A DNA stretch of 64,000 nucleotides from Dipteris shenzhenensis (lineage: Eukaryota), in assembly GCA_047967505.1 (NCBI GenBank), contig CM106538.1. One strand, given 5' to 3'. Both the position numbers and the translations under genes were made by a program. Below the pieces are notes generated by a model. It did not search any database, was not told the DNA's origin, and saw only the letters and a program-made list of their open reading frames with translations. Position 1 is the first letter of the stretch. Every line of letters begins with the position of its first letter. Shown in pieces: positions 13,101 through 24,991 of the stretch.

Positions 13101-14020
13101 CCTGATGATTTGTCATGTGAGATGATGCACCGTTGTCGATGTACCAAGGATCCTGTTCCACTTGGTCGATTTGATAGTTGAAATCCTCTTTGGGATTGTA
13201 ATCAGTGTTTGGATACACTATATCAGTCTAATGCATTTCCTCGCTTGTAAGAAACATATTCCCATGTTCATTTGCAAAATGACTATGACTAGAATGTCCA
13301 CCACGATGATTTCCTCTGCCTCGAGAATTCCCTCGATTTTTGCTGGATTGACCGCCTTGGTCGTACTGCTTCTTGCGGCAATCTCTTTCATAGTGTGTAA
13401 ACTTATGACAGTAGTTACATTGGATGTTTGACACATTGGTGGATGCATTCCCTCATCCTTGAAATCTTCCTCGGTTGGAATGATTTCCTCTTTGCTGATT
13501 TTGATGCTACTGGGGATAATGCTGATGCTGATGCTGATGATGACCACTTATCTGGTATGATCTACCTCTACCTTCTCTGCTTCTATTTGAAGCTGTGAGT
13601 GCCTGATCATTAGAATTACCTTTGCGTGCTTGGATGGCCTAATTCCTTAGTTCTTCACTAAGTAGGAGTGACTGAAGTTCTTCCAATGTCAAAATTTGCC
13701 ATTGAATGGTAATACTTTGAACTAGATTCTCGTATCCCTCTCCTAGTCCATTCAGAACGACTTGAACCATTTCTACAGGGTTCATAGTCTCTCCTGCTGC
13801 TACAAGTTGATTGTTGTAGTCTTTTATGCCGAGTACATAAGCATGACTAGTTTCGCTGCTGTTGTGAAAACTCTAGTTGATCTGGTTTCTCAGGGTGAGA
13901 ATCCTAGATGTGTTCTTGGACTCGTAGAGAGCTGCGAACATATCCCATGCTTCTTTCGATGTCTTGATTGTGTTGAGCTATCCTAGCATGACATCTTGCA
14001 ATTCTGCTTGATCAGATGTC
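10110..14020 (-). pseudogene. gag-pol: Copia gag-pol (gag, zinc knuckle, protease, integrase, RT, RNaseH) with stops and frameshifts
   Basis: CNYCHKFTHYERDC, WYIDNGASSHMT, YYLTFIDDYSRYCWVY, QLDVKNAFLNG, LYIDDL, KTKHIDVREHF in Copia domain order. Confidence 0.95.
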
Positions 14021-14769
14021 ATGAAAATCTCTGTATGAATCAACTGCAAATACAGTGACTATGCCAAGTAAAATCTCTCAACCATCGGTGAAGATAAAAC
14101 TACAATATATAAAATCTCTTATCTATATTACAAGGCTTGTGGCAATGATACTGGGAATAGCCAAGAGGCTTTACAAGGCTGAAATGATGTGCACAATGCT
14201 ATAAGATAGCTGAATAGGCTTTACAATGGTGGCATGTGTGTGTGAAATCAAGTGCTATCTACCCATTGAAACAATCTACAATGCCTCTATACTCTCTGAA
14301 GTTTGCTCACTAAACTGATGAACGTAAGGTTTCAGGTAATGTAATGATGTGAAACCGTATGTGAGTGTATGGACTGACTCCGAGTAGATACTAGTCGAGA
14401 ATTTTAGGCATGGCTTATATTGGCAACTTGGGGAAATTCAAAGCGTCCCCTCTATGGCGATCTAGTCTACTCTGATCTAGATCTATACCAACTATCAAGT
14501 GATGAAAGAACAACAAATAATTCCTTTTCTTTGTTCTTTTTAAGTGCAGGGTCAGATGCATCAATGTAGAGGCGAATGTGCATGAAGGAAATGGTTTTGT
14601 CAATGGCAAGGCTCAAATGTGAGTGTAACTTGCACCAAAATGTGCGTGTGATGTGACAAGCGTGTAGAGCATGAAAAAATGGGCGACTTTCCTTTTTGGA
14701 GCGCCCTAAAATTCTTCCTGGATCAAGAGATACGACTTGATCTAGGTGGAGGGGCAAAAAAGGAGTTGT

Positions 14770-15145
14770 CACTGTGGGTCACATGCAGTGATGATGTGGC
14801 ACTGTGCCAAGCAAGAGATGTGCCAGTGGAGCCCTGTGCTGAGGTGGTAGGAGTGGTCACATGAAGTGACTGTGGAGCACTGTATGTGCCTGTAGAGGTC
14901 AGTGTTGACTGAACAGCTAAGGTGGCACTATTGATGATGTCAGCAAATGATGTGGCAATGATGACATGGCAAATTATGTGGCATTGATGACATGGCATTA
15001 ATGATGTGGCATAGGTGATGTGGCTATGCTGACATGACAGTTGGTGATGACGTTGTAGATAAGGTGATGTGGCAAGCGCGAGAGACTACTGACATGGCAC
15101 TCATAATTGACGTGGCAGATAAGGAGATAAGGCCACGTGTCACAA
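14770..15145 (-). repeat. Array of TGCCAC(G/A)TCA-type motifs in the B leader (Hex/ABRE-like); second copy at 33340-33830
   Basis: Many TGATGTGGCA / TGACATGGCA / TGACGTGGCA units. Confidence 0.8.
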
Positions 15146-16035
15146 GGAGAGATAACAGAATCTATGGAGATTCTATCAAAATCACGTAGATTCTGTCGTG
15201 ATTGAGAATTCTATCGATATTTGTTAAGGTGAGTCGATTGAGAATTCCGTCGGTGAGCTTGGAGCTCTTGCAGATTCGTTGGTGCTAGATCATAGAGGAG
15301 CCGATATGAAAGCTGTTGCATTGTCTAGAGCACGGTGTAGGAGCCGCTTCCCTGGCATGGATTACTTTGGAGGCCCGTGGCTATGGGTGTCAATTTCATT
15401 GGAGGCTCGAGTCATTGGAAAAACTCTCTCCCTTGAGAGCTCTCTCTCTCTTAAAAGAGATAGGATAGTTCAATTCTATTTCTCTCAATGAAGAAGAATG
15501 AAATCAAAACAAAACAATACTCTCACTCTCTTTCTGTAACATAAATCTCTCAAAGAAGAAATGAAAAAAACAGAATTCTCAAATGAATTGGATGGAAATC
15601 TCTCATGAAATCTCTCTCCCCATAGATGGAAATTCTTCTGAATGAGAAGGAAATTTCTCTCTTTCAATGAATAGAAATTCTTCACTCAACAGAAGTGAAC
15701 AGAATGAAAGACTACCTCTCAATCTCACACTCTCAAGGATCGCAATGCCTCAGCGGAAGGCAAGGGAGCTCCGATACCATGACAAAATATGAAGAGGGGA
15801 GAGGAGAAGAGTGGAGATGAGGAGAGAGGGCACAGCTAGAAAGCACACCACAAATGACTAACTATACACTAGATTTAGTTGAAAAAATAAAATATATACA
15901 AACCCATTTAGGGTTAGGGTTAGGGATCTAACCCTTTCCTTTATAGCACTCTATAAGGTTAGTGCTATGCACATATGATCACATGATGGTGCTATGCACA
16001 CATGATCACATGATGTTGAGCATGAACTCTCAACA

Positions 16036-16963
16036 TTGGAATGTGGACTTTTTCCTTCTGTCTTCGTAGTGACAATGTATTGAGCTCCTAGTTTTACTTG
16101 ACTCTTGCTTGCCAAAGCCAAAATCTGCCCAATAAGAAATTGTATTCCGGGACTAGGCACCTTCATGTTGACTACCACAAATGAGACTAAACAAAATCCT
16201 TGCAACCTCCATCACTATGGCTTTAAGGATTCCCAGTGGCCTCACTGCCATTGATCAAAGCTATCCACACCAGAAATGGTGTTGGCTCCCATTTAGTCCA
16301 TCACATCTCCTGACAAGTCTTCAAGCTTACGCTATTGATCCCCGACACCCATCAATCAGCACTTGTGGACTTAACTTTCTTGAGATGATATATGCATATC
16401 AATGAGTGGAACTGCTAGAACTGGGCTTGATGCGGCTTGAAAACCATCCACCTCTGGGACTGCAGTGTGACCCGTCAAGGGATCAGTTGCTTGTGGAATT
16501 ATGGCATTAGTTTTAACAATCACCTGAGGGAAATTTGGATTGGCATGCCCAGGAGGTATTCAACTACTATGGACTCATCAGATCTTGTGGCTACCTTCAA
16601 CAAATTCTCTATCACATCTAGTACATGGCTTGGTGCTAGTCTTACAGTGACCTACACAGGTTAGGATCCTTTCCCAACCTGTAGTGGCACTTCTACTACC
16701 TTAAACCGTGGCACTTTCACAAACTGCACCTTGTGGATTGTATCTGCCACTAATTAGGGAACTGAAACTTCCTTTAGTGGGTTTGCCTCCTTGACTTAGT
16801 CCACCACATGTCGTCACATTGCATTTTGCATTGGCAGTTGTAGTAGTGCAGTCATCCTTATGGGTGAGCCCCGTAGCACTTTGCTAGATTGGGTCATGAT
16901 GTTAATTTTGGGTGTGACTTCTGGATCATCATCCACGATCTAGACCATCAATGTGCTGGACAC
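16036..16963 (-). mobile_element. Gypsy element E, gag/protease junction piece
   Basis: Lies between the B1 TSD and the D1 insertion; reads on into 20664 (NECPAH junction). Confidence 0.6.
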
Positions 16964-17979
16964 TATTAGTCGGAAAAGAAATCAGGACCAGAGGCTAGAG
17001 GCTAAGCATGGCGACGCTCGAGGCCATAGAGGAAAGGAGAACATGAGGGCGAAACATTATCATGGGAGGGGAAAAGGAATTAGAAGGGGAGGGAATGAAG
17101 AGGGAGACTATGACACAAGGGGAAAGGGAGAGGGGGAAGAGAAGCATGTACATGATGGGAGGAGGAATGTAAAGATCAAGACATCAAAGGAAGAGGACCA
17201 TGCTTTATTTTGAAAGGAAGAGAAGGGAGAAATCAAAGAACTAGCTAGGTGGCTTTACAAGAATGAGAGCGTCTCATCAAGGCATAGCCCCCTCCTTTTA
17301 TAGCCAAGAGAGGGCTCTCTCCCAATAAATGCATCCTCCCACATGTATGCACATGTATGGTGTGTGTGGAAAAGTCTCCCATGTGGGCTAGGCAGTTACG
17401 CACTCTCAATTGTGTGCGACAACCCTTTGCCTCATTTTTCCACATAAATCAAGCCCCATATCTCAAGTCTATGATATTCCCTTGGTCTCTCCCAATTTTA
17501 TAATATGTTCAAACCTCTAGGAGGACAAGTGGAGGGTTGGCACAAGGAATCTTGCCACCTCATCCTACTTTTTCCATTATTTAACTTGCATCCTTGGACT
17601 ATCTATACCTCCCCCACATGGGCCTATCCTATATGGAGGGAATAACCCAATATAATATCCATCTCCACCTATTTTATATTACTTCTCCCATGGACTTTGA
17701 GCCATATCTCACTAAATGCAGCCTAGGTAGAGGGGTGGCACATGGAGGAGCCATGCCACCTTACATTTTATAATATTACTACCATGGATTATGTACATCA
17801 TACCTTATGGGTCCTCTTACGTGGAAGGGTGGCACATGGTCATGCCTTGCCACCTCAACCCTGGGCCCTATGCACACCATATTTTATTATACTATTGCCA
17901 CACATACAAACACACACATATTAATGCCTTTTTCCTTAGACAAATTCTTGAGAATATACACGGATCCAAGATGTCATCA

Positions 17980-18680
17980 CACCAAGACTAAAATTCAGAC
18001 ATCCCAAGTTTCTCGATAGTCCAAGATAGGTAGAAGGAGAGGGTGGGGAGAATTCAACACTTGAGCCAAACGTTCAGTACCAAATAAACTTGCAATCCTT
18101 TGTTGATAGTTTATCTTTAGAACAAAAGGAATTACAACTTGAAGCTCGAAATGAGGCACAAAAGGTTGATTAGGTACAAATGGATTCCTTGGTCGAAACA
18201 TTACCAAGCATAGATGAGGCCTAGAGACCTTTGTAGTGAGATTGAGAATAAACCATTCAAGATGAGCTTATCCACAGGAATTAACAAGCAGATGCACCAA
18301 ATCTCCCCCCAAGCTTGGCGAGCATCCCACCCTTCAATGAAGGACAGCCTTTTAATTACCTCTGAAGTAGCAAGTAGCTCGATCAGCACACAATGAGTAG
18401 AATTAAAATCAAAGTTCTCCCAACGTATCAATAGTTCTTCACCTTGAACCACATCCACGGTGTATCATCCCACCTGTCGTCTCCTTGAACAATGCACTGG
18501 ACAATCAACCGTTGAAGGTCGACATGAATATCAAGAAAGAGATCTCGCCAATTGGTAGCTGTAATGAGCGGAGGACCAGGCACCAAATCCTTAAACTCAT
18601 CGAGAAGTGACATAAATATCCACCCTCCTCGTGTGGCATGCATCCGTGAAGTGGACTTGGAAAAGTTTCGAATTGGCAAT
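17980..18680 (-). pseudogene. Unknown extra ORF upstream of gag in Gypsy D (about 210-230 aa, two apparent frameshifts)
   Basis: Overlapping ORFs 18428-18679, 18201-18458 and 17995-18207; the C-terminus is conserved at 46488-46650. Confidence 0.5.
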
Positions 18681-18959
18681 CTAGTAGGAGATGTGAATAG
18701 AGCACATGAAATGAAGTACTTTTGCTTTTTATAGCAAGAGTAAACTCCCCACGGTTAGAGAGTTACAGTTCTCGAGATTTCAATATATAAACAAAAATCA
18801 TTACATTTTCATCACTTCCAACTTGTTGACCCAATGATAAGTCTCCCTTTTGTGAAGGGGGAGGTCTTGGGTTCAAATCCTACTCTTTAATAAAAAGAGA
18901 GGAGAGGAGAGGAGAAGGAGAAGAGAAAGTGAAGGAGAAGAAGAAGAGAAGAGAGAGGG

Positions 18960-19390
18960 GGGTGTGGGATCTGCTGTTACCATTTTGCAGAAACTCAGAA
19001 AAACTATCAGTGACCAGAAGACATAGCAGCCCAGAAAACTGTCACGCGGGTGAACACAGTAGACGCGTGAACCGAGAAAACTGTCCATGACTAGAAGACA
19101 CAGGAGCTCAAAAAACTGTTGCACGGGTGAACACAATAGACGCGCGAATCGAATGCATGCAAGAAGAAGAAGAAGAGAAGAGAGCGGGGGGCGCGAGATA
19201 TGCTATTACAGTTTTTCAAAAACTCAAAAAAACTATCCGCAACCAGAAGACGTAGTAGCCCAGAAAACTATCATACGGGTGAACACAGTAGACACACGAA
19301 TTGAGAAAACTATCCACGACCAGAAGACGCAAGAGCCCAGAAAACTGTCGCGCGAGTGAACACAGTAGACGCGCGAATCGAATGCGCATG
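18960..19390. repeat. Leader tandem repeat: two ~230-bp units, each with two ~77-bp subunits
   Basis: G(G/A)GTGAACACA(G/A)TAGAC at about 19048, 19125, 19277 and 19354. Confidence 0.85.
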
Positions 19391-19655
19391 TAGGAACTCA
19401 GAAGGAGCACAGATAGTATAGTTCTACAGATGCAACCGGTATGAGCAGAAGATTTGTCAGCCAGAATACACATAGGAACCGTGAGCAGAAAGCAAGAGAC
19501 TAAAAGTGCAGAAGCAGAGAGGTTTTGCAGCCATAGAGATAGGGAAGGCACACAGTTTAGAGGCGCAAAAGAAGAGAACTATGCATGGAAGAGGCTGCAG
19601 TGCTGCACCCAGTCGTAGGAGTAACAGATTTTATACCACTAGCCATGGAGATTTC

Positions 19656-19674
19656 AATCCCAGCAGCCACACCA
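19656..19674 (-). other. Primer-binding site complementary to the tRNA-His 3' end
   Basis: + strand AATCCCAGCAGCCACACCA equals the 3' end (with CCA) of plant cytosolic tRNA-His(GUG) as I recall it; 4 nt from the 5' LTR end. Confidence 0.8.
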
Positions 19675-20663
19675 TTTCTATCAGCCGGAAAAAAAATCAG
19701 GACCAGAGGCTAGAGGCTAAGCATGGTGACGCTCGAGGGCCATAGAGGAAAGGAGAACGTGAGGGCGAAATGTTATCATGAGAGGGGAAAAGGAACTAGA
19801 AGGGGAGGGAATGAAGAGGAAGACTATGACACAAGGGGAAAGGGAGAGGGGGAAGAGAAGCATGTACATGATGAGAGGAGGATTGTAATGATCGAGACAT
19901 CAAGGGAAGAGGACCATGCTTTATTTTGAAAGGAAGAGAAGGGAGAAATCAAAGTACTAGCTAGGTGGCTTTACAAGAATGAGCACGTCTCATCAAGGAA
20001 TAGCCCCCTCCTTTTATAGCCAAGAGAGGGCTCTCTCCCAATAAATGCATCCTCCCACATGTATGGTGTGTGTGGAAAAGTCTCCCATGTGGGCTAGGCG
20101 GTTACGCACTCTCAATTGTGTGCGACAACCCTTTGCCTTATTTTTCCACATAAATCAAGCCCCATATCTCAAGTCTATGATACTCCCTTGGTCTCTCCCA
20201 ATTTTATAATATGTTCAAACCTCTAGGAGGACAAGTGGAGGGTTGGCACAAGGAATCTTGCCACCTTATCCTACTTTTTCCATTATTTAACTTGCATCCT
20301 TGGACTATCTATACCTCCCCCACATGGGCCTATCCTATATGGAGGGAATAACCCAATATAATATCCATCTCCACCTATTTTATATTACTTCTCCCATGGA
20401 CTTTGAGCCATATCTCACTAAATGTAGCCTAGGTGGAGGGGTGGCACATGGAGGAGCCATGCCACCTTACATTTTATAATATTATTACCATGAATTATGT
20501 ACATCACACCTTATGGGTCCTCTTACGTGGAAGGGTGGCACATGGTCATGCCCTGCTACCTGAACCCTGGGCCCTATGCACACCATATTTTATTATACTA
20601 TTGCCACACATACAAACACACACATATTAATGCCTTTTTCCTTAGACAAATTTATCCGTAATA

Positions 20664-21056
20664 GCACTCATTCTTAGCCTCTAGGCAGTCATTCTACCAA
20701 TCACCCTGTTCCAGTAGAACAACCAATTCTTCGGTTGATTTCCACCATGACCACTACCTCCTCATCTACGGCCATGGCCTCCTCCGCTACCACCTCTGGA
20801 ATAAGAGTGGTCCTAGGGGTCCATATTCCCAGATTGCTATGCATAGGAGGCTTCTAGATTGGTAGATGTGGGGGTTGTCCCTTGGATATACCCTTGCAAT
20901 TTTAGACCTCATCCATTGTAGTGACATTGGTATGTGGTGTGCATATTGGTCATACAGATGGCACACCACTTCTCATTTAAAGCACATTCTGTCATTGAGT
21001 GGCTAGAATTCCAATAGTAAATGCACTAGAGTTCCATTCTTCCTCTACCTGCCCTC
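20664..21056 (-). mobile_element. gag: Gypsy element E gag piece with Cys/His knuckles
   Basis: SHSMTECALNEKWCAICMTNMHTTYQCHYN; interrupted by D1 and C. Confidence 0.65.
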
Positions 21057-23664
21057 TGACAAAACATGTGTGCCTCAGGATCTATGGAGCACTCTAATGA
21101 TGGAACCTATGTGGAGACATGATGAAGAGAGTGCTCATGACATGTACCTCAAGTCAATTAGGTTCCAAGATAGATTAGCTTGGACTCATAAAGAGAATCT
21201 TGAGATAGTGTAAAGTGCTTGATTGATATTACTTCAAATGAACCTCCCTTTTATAGGTGAGGGTACTTACATCCATATGCTTGCTCACATGTGGGATATC
21301 TCCTCCATGCCATGTGGCAGCTTGCCCACATGTGCTCATGGCACCACAACTCTCAACACCTCCCCTTGGTGCCATGATCCTTTGGCTACTGCAAGGTGGT
21401 CAGATGTGAGTTACAAGATCAAATCCTCCCCTGGGTGCTTACATAGCTACTCTAAGGTGGTCAGGTTTGATTTACAAAATTAGGCAAGGTTGGCAAGGTA
21501 TTTGTTTCTCAATACATTCCATTGATGTCACCTTTTGGCTCATGGCTTGATGATGATGCTGTGTAGTTGACCTGTTGGTTCTTCAATCTGCAATCTTCTT
21601 CCTTATGTAGCTTCATGCATGATGCTTTATTCTTCCATGTGCCTTGATGCTTTATGTGTGGATGCCATGCTTCATGCTATGGTCATCTCATACACTTGCG
21701 CTTTTGGCATGCTTATGACAACGATGTGTGCATTCATGCTTTGCTTTTCCATTTGTTGCAAAGGTCTTACCAATTGATTTCTTTCAATGTTGGCAGTGTC
21801 TAATTGCATACAATGATTTTGACTTGATAAGCACGTAGATCTTGAAAAGACAATCACTTTTCCTTTTTGGAGTGTGTGCAAATTCTTCTTAGATTGCAAG
21901 TTATGGCTTGTCAAAGTTTCTGTGAAGAAGAGGGCCTTTGATGATGTGGCACAGGGATTCACATGCTGAATTCCATACTGTGCTTAGCAAGGGACTCTAT
22001 GCTTAGGTGGCACTATGCCATGTGGCAATCTTTAAACCCAAATAGGTTAACCCATGGTTACATTGGCTTTACCATGGTCCACCTAAATTGAACCTAACTA
22101 TAGACTTAACCACAGTTGAACTTAACCACACACACCCAACCTTATCTACCACGTGGCCTTTTTTAAGGAACCTTGGAGATTTGAAGGTTTGTTGTGTAGG
22201 GAAGGTCGACGACAGACGAGTGGCTTCAACGGAGGGAGCTCGAGGATGGCGGGTGGAGGTGTGGCTAGGAGAGATTCATCTCGCGAGCTTGGCTTCTCTG
22301 CGCAGCTACGTCCTTGAACAACAAGTTTGCATGAAGGGATTCTTCGGAGATATCGCTACTGCTCATGAGCGCGCCACCATGGTCTCTGGCAAAGCTCTCG
22401 GGAACTTTTGAACTGTTGTAGCTTTCACCGCCGAGGAGGAAGTGGTTGAGCTCTTCGCTCACGAACTTGCCGTGGAAGATTAGCTTGTGTGTCGACGTTG
22501 CAATGGAGAGAGTCGTTTGCTGTTTGCTTCGGTCGCCGGAGTCGCCACGTTTGGAGACAGAGGAGAGTTGTTGCCTTCTGCGTCAAGTCGCCTTGTCTGC
22601 TGGTTGAAGGGCTTTTCAGAGGCTGTAGCATGGGCGTTGCATTGGTGATGGCTTTCTAAAGTCGGACGTCGACTAGAGAGGTCAAGCAGACTTACACAGA
22701 GAGTCCGTCCCATCGATGCTCGGATGATCCAGTCAAAGCCCGTGGGCTACCAGATGCGCTTTTGGTAGAGCTCTTTGTAGAGGTCGGTGGAAGAAGCTTG
22801 CTAGCTGCGCTGTAAGCTAGAGATGGTGTTGCAAAGGCCGACTGAAGGACATCAGTCGTGCTTGAGGGCTGGAGCACTTGAAGGCTCTGGTTGTGTGGAA
22901 GGTAGTTGAAGATTTGGAAGCTGGAGCTAGCCCATGTGCATGGAGCTGCCAAGAGATATTATAGGAGGTCGGTTCAGTAGAGGCTGTGTTGAGCACGTCA
23001 ATGGAGAGCCATCTATGGAGGCACTTGATAGCTTGCTCTTGGAGATGGGGAGCTACAGAGTTTGTTGCTCATTGGAAGGAGCACTGTCTTGCTTGTCGAA
23101 AGGAGCGCTATCACTCAGACTGAAATCTCTCACCTCTCTTTAACAAAAGAAACACTCTCAAACTCTCTTGGAACACCTCTCTATCTCTCTCTCTCAGCAC
23201 AAAGAGTGAACTCTCACAAAACAATTGAACGGAAATCTTCAACTCTCATGGATGGAATTCTTTCAATCTAAAAACTAAAACTAACCTAAGAGAAAAAACA
23301 TGACCTCCTAAGACATGCCTACAACTAATCTAGGAGACTAGACCTAGGCTCTGATACCATGACAAAACATGCGTGCCTCAGGATCTATGGAGCACTCTAA
23401 GGTGGATGGAACCTATGTGGAGACATGATGAAGAGAGTGCTCATGACATGTACCTCAAGTCAATTAGGTTCCAAGATAGATTAGCTTGGACTCATAAAGA
23501 GAATCTTGAGATAGTGCAAAGTGCTTGATTGATATTACTTCAAATGAACCTCCCTTTTATAGGTGAGGGTACTTACATCCATATGCTTGCTCACATGTGG
23601 GATATCTCCTCCATGCCATGTGGCAGCTTGCCCACATGTGCTCATGGCACCACAACTCTCAACA
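21057..23664 (-). mobile_element. Young non-autonomous LTR element C (2.6 kb, no gag/pol) carrying host-gene fragments
   Basis: LTRs 21057-21358 and 23360-23664 nearly identical; TSD CCCTC at 21052-21056 and 23665-23669; perfect PBS TGGTATCAGAGC 23348-23359; PPT 21359-21368. Confidence 0.96.
22304..22475 (+). pseudogene. Captured ABCB/P-glycoprotein transporter fragment (transmembrane domain, likely TMD2), antisense to element C
   Basis: SYVLEQQVCMKGFFGDIATAHERATMVSGKALGNF*TVVAFTAEEEVVELFAHELAV follows the plant ABCB pattern KGF.GD...AH..A...AGE...NIRTVAAF.AE......F..EL; the stop TGA sits at the Arg (CGA) of IRT. Confidence 0.85.
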
Positions 23665-24420
23665 CCCTCTAGACACCACATAGCTCCCTTTTCCTCCTTT
23701 ACAAAACTATCATCCAAGCTCTCATCATTGGACTCTCCGTTGTTGGCTCTATGCTTTTTCCCCAATGGTTTCTTTTTGGATTTGATTTTTCCTTTTAATG
23801 TCTTGCGATGCTTGGTTATTTGACGTTGAAGCATGCCTCCCCCACATGGATCACTTGCACAACCACATCTTTAGGTGCATTTGCACTTTGTGCACAATCA
23901 CCACCATTGTCTGTACATCCTTGTCCAGTCTGGCAATAAAGTACTCATTGAGAACTTTCATCTTGCGAGTTGTTGTGCTTGAGGAATGCGTTGTAGGAGT
24001 TGATGGAACTGAGCCACATAATCTTTGATATCTTGATTGCCCTACTCCAGGATTCGCAATCCTTCTAGAGTTTGTGGAATTGTCTTCTCTTCACAAAACT
24101 GCCTCAGGAATGTGACCCTGAGAGCATCGTAGGTTGTGAAGTGATCTGCAGGGACTCTGCTAGCCATCTTGATGCTGTCCTCTCCACAATAGACTAAATA
24201 GTGCTTCCTTCTATGTGGCGTCCACAACACTTGGCATGTTGAGTGTGTAGATCTTGTTGAACTATTGAATATGTGTGTCACATGTCCAAATCACATCTTT
24301 GGATTTCCCCAAAATTTGGTATACTTGACATTCACTGCCCCGTTGTTGGAACCATAATGATCGAGACAATTGGAACTGGTCTACCTCCTACTATTGGTGA
24401 TTGAGGTGTTGTGATTGGAC
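23665..24420 (-). mobile_element. gag: Gypsy element E, N-terminal gag piece
   Basis: ORF 24042-24281 FTTYDALRVTFLRQF (retrotransposon gag-like); follows the C TSD. Confidence 0.6.
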
Positions 24421-24991
24421 CTCTCAGGAGGAGTCAGCACTGACCTCACTTGCTTCACAGTCGGTGAGGATGGTTCATGCAGTACTGTCCACCTAGAATA
24501 AGATGTAGAGCAGGCACCAAATGAGAACACTGCTTGTGCTTGGCAGAGTGACCTCGCTGCTCCTCGTAGGGTGCTCTGGCTCCCTAGTAGGCATCACCAT
24601 GCTCCAAAATGCTTCTAGCAAAGTTCTTTGGGTTCTTCTAAACATCTCCCCCATCGCTGTCAAGAATCGCTGTAAGCAAAAATGGATTGCCTAGGCTGTT
24701 GGGCCAATGCATTGTCGAAACTAGGGGTTTTGGAGGTCCTTGCAATTGTGTTTGCATGCGTGTTGTTGGTTTGTTCCACTAGATGGCCAGACATACGCTG
24801 ACCTTTGGTACACAAATGCCAAATCTACCAAACCAACATGTTGGCTAGGCACAAGTCACCAAAAAAAGCATCTCGCGGGTTTGTCTCGATAGAGAAAAGT
24901 GAGAGAAAAGCTTTGTTTGCACCTCGCTGATCTACAGGCACTTGCAAAAAATGCTCGCTTGCAATTTAGCTATAGAGACCATAGGTCATAG

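Larger units (their letters stand above)
9756..16035 (-). mobile_element. Full-length Copia element B1, inserted in Gypsy E
   Basis: LTRs 9756-10008 and 15780-16035 (TG...CA, about 11 substitutions and one small indel by eye); TSD TTGGA at 9751-9755 and 16036-16040; PBS TGGTATCGGAGC 15768-15779; PPT 10009-10020. Confidence 0.97.
16964..20663 (-). mobile_element. Gypsy family D deletion derivative D1 (two ~985-bp LTRs plus leader; gag-pol and PPT deleted)
   Basis: LTRs 19679-20663 and 16964-17946 (latter lacks its first ~11 nt); TATTA...TAATA ends; flanks ACAC/GCAC; leader end 17965-18143 homologous to 46481-46660 ahead of the Gypsy gag. Confidence 0.92.

Noticed and set aside
15907-15925. 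Interstitial telomere
   Set aside because: Only three units, and they are an integral part of every B LTR
16953-17213. Recurrent G/E/K-rich ORF (also 19723-19929 and 54151-54387) as a gene family
   Set aside because: Translations of the purine-rich strand of the D LTR; recurrence reflects LTR copies
19642-19674. tRNA-His gene or SINE
   Set aside because: Only the 3' end with encoded CCA, next to an LTR; no A/B boxes or cloverleaf, so it is a PBS
22088-22411. Functional ABC transporter gene
   Set aside because: Only about 57 codons are ABCB-like, with an internal stop, inside an LTR element
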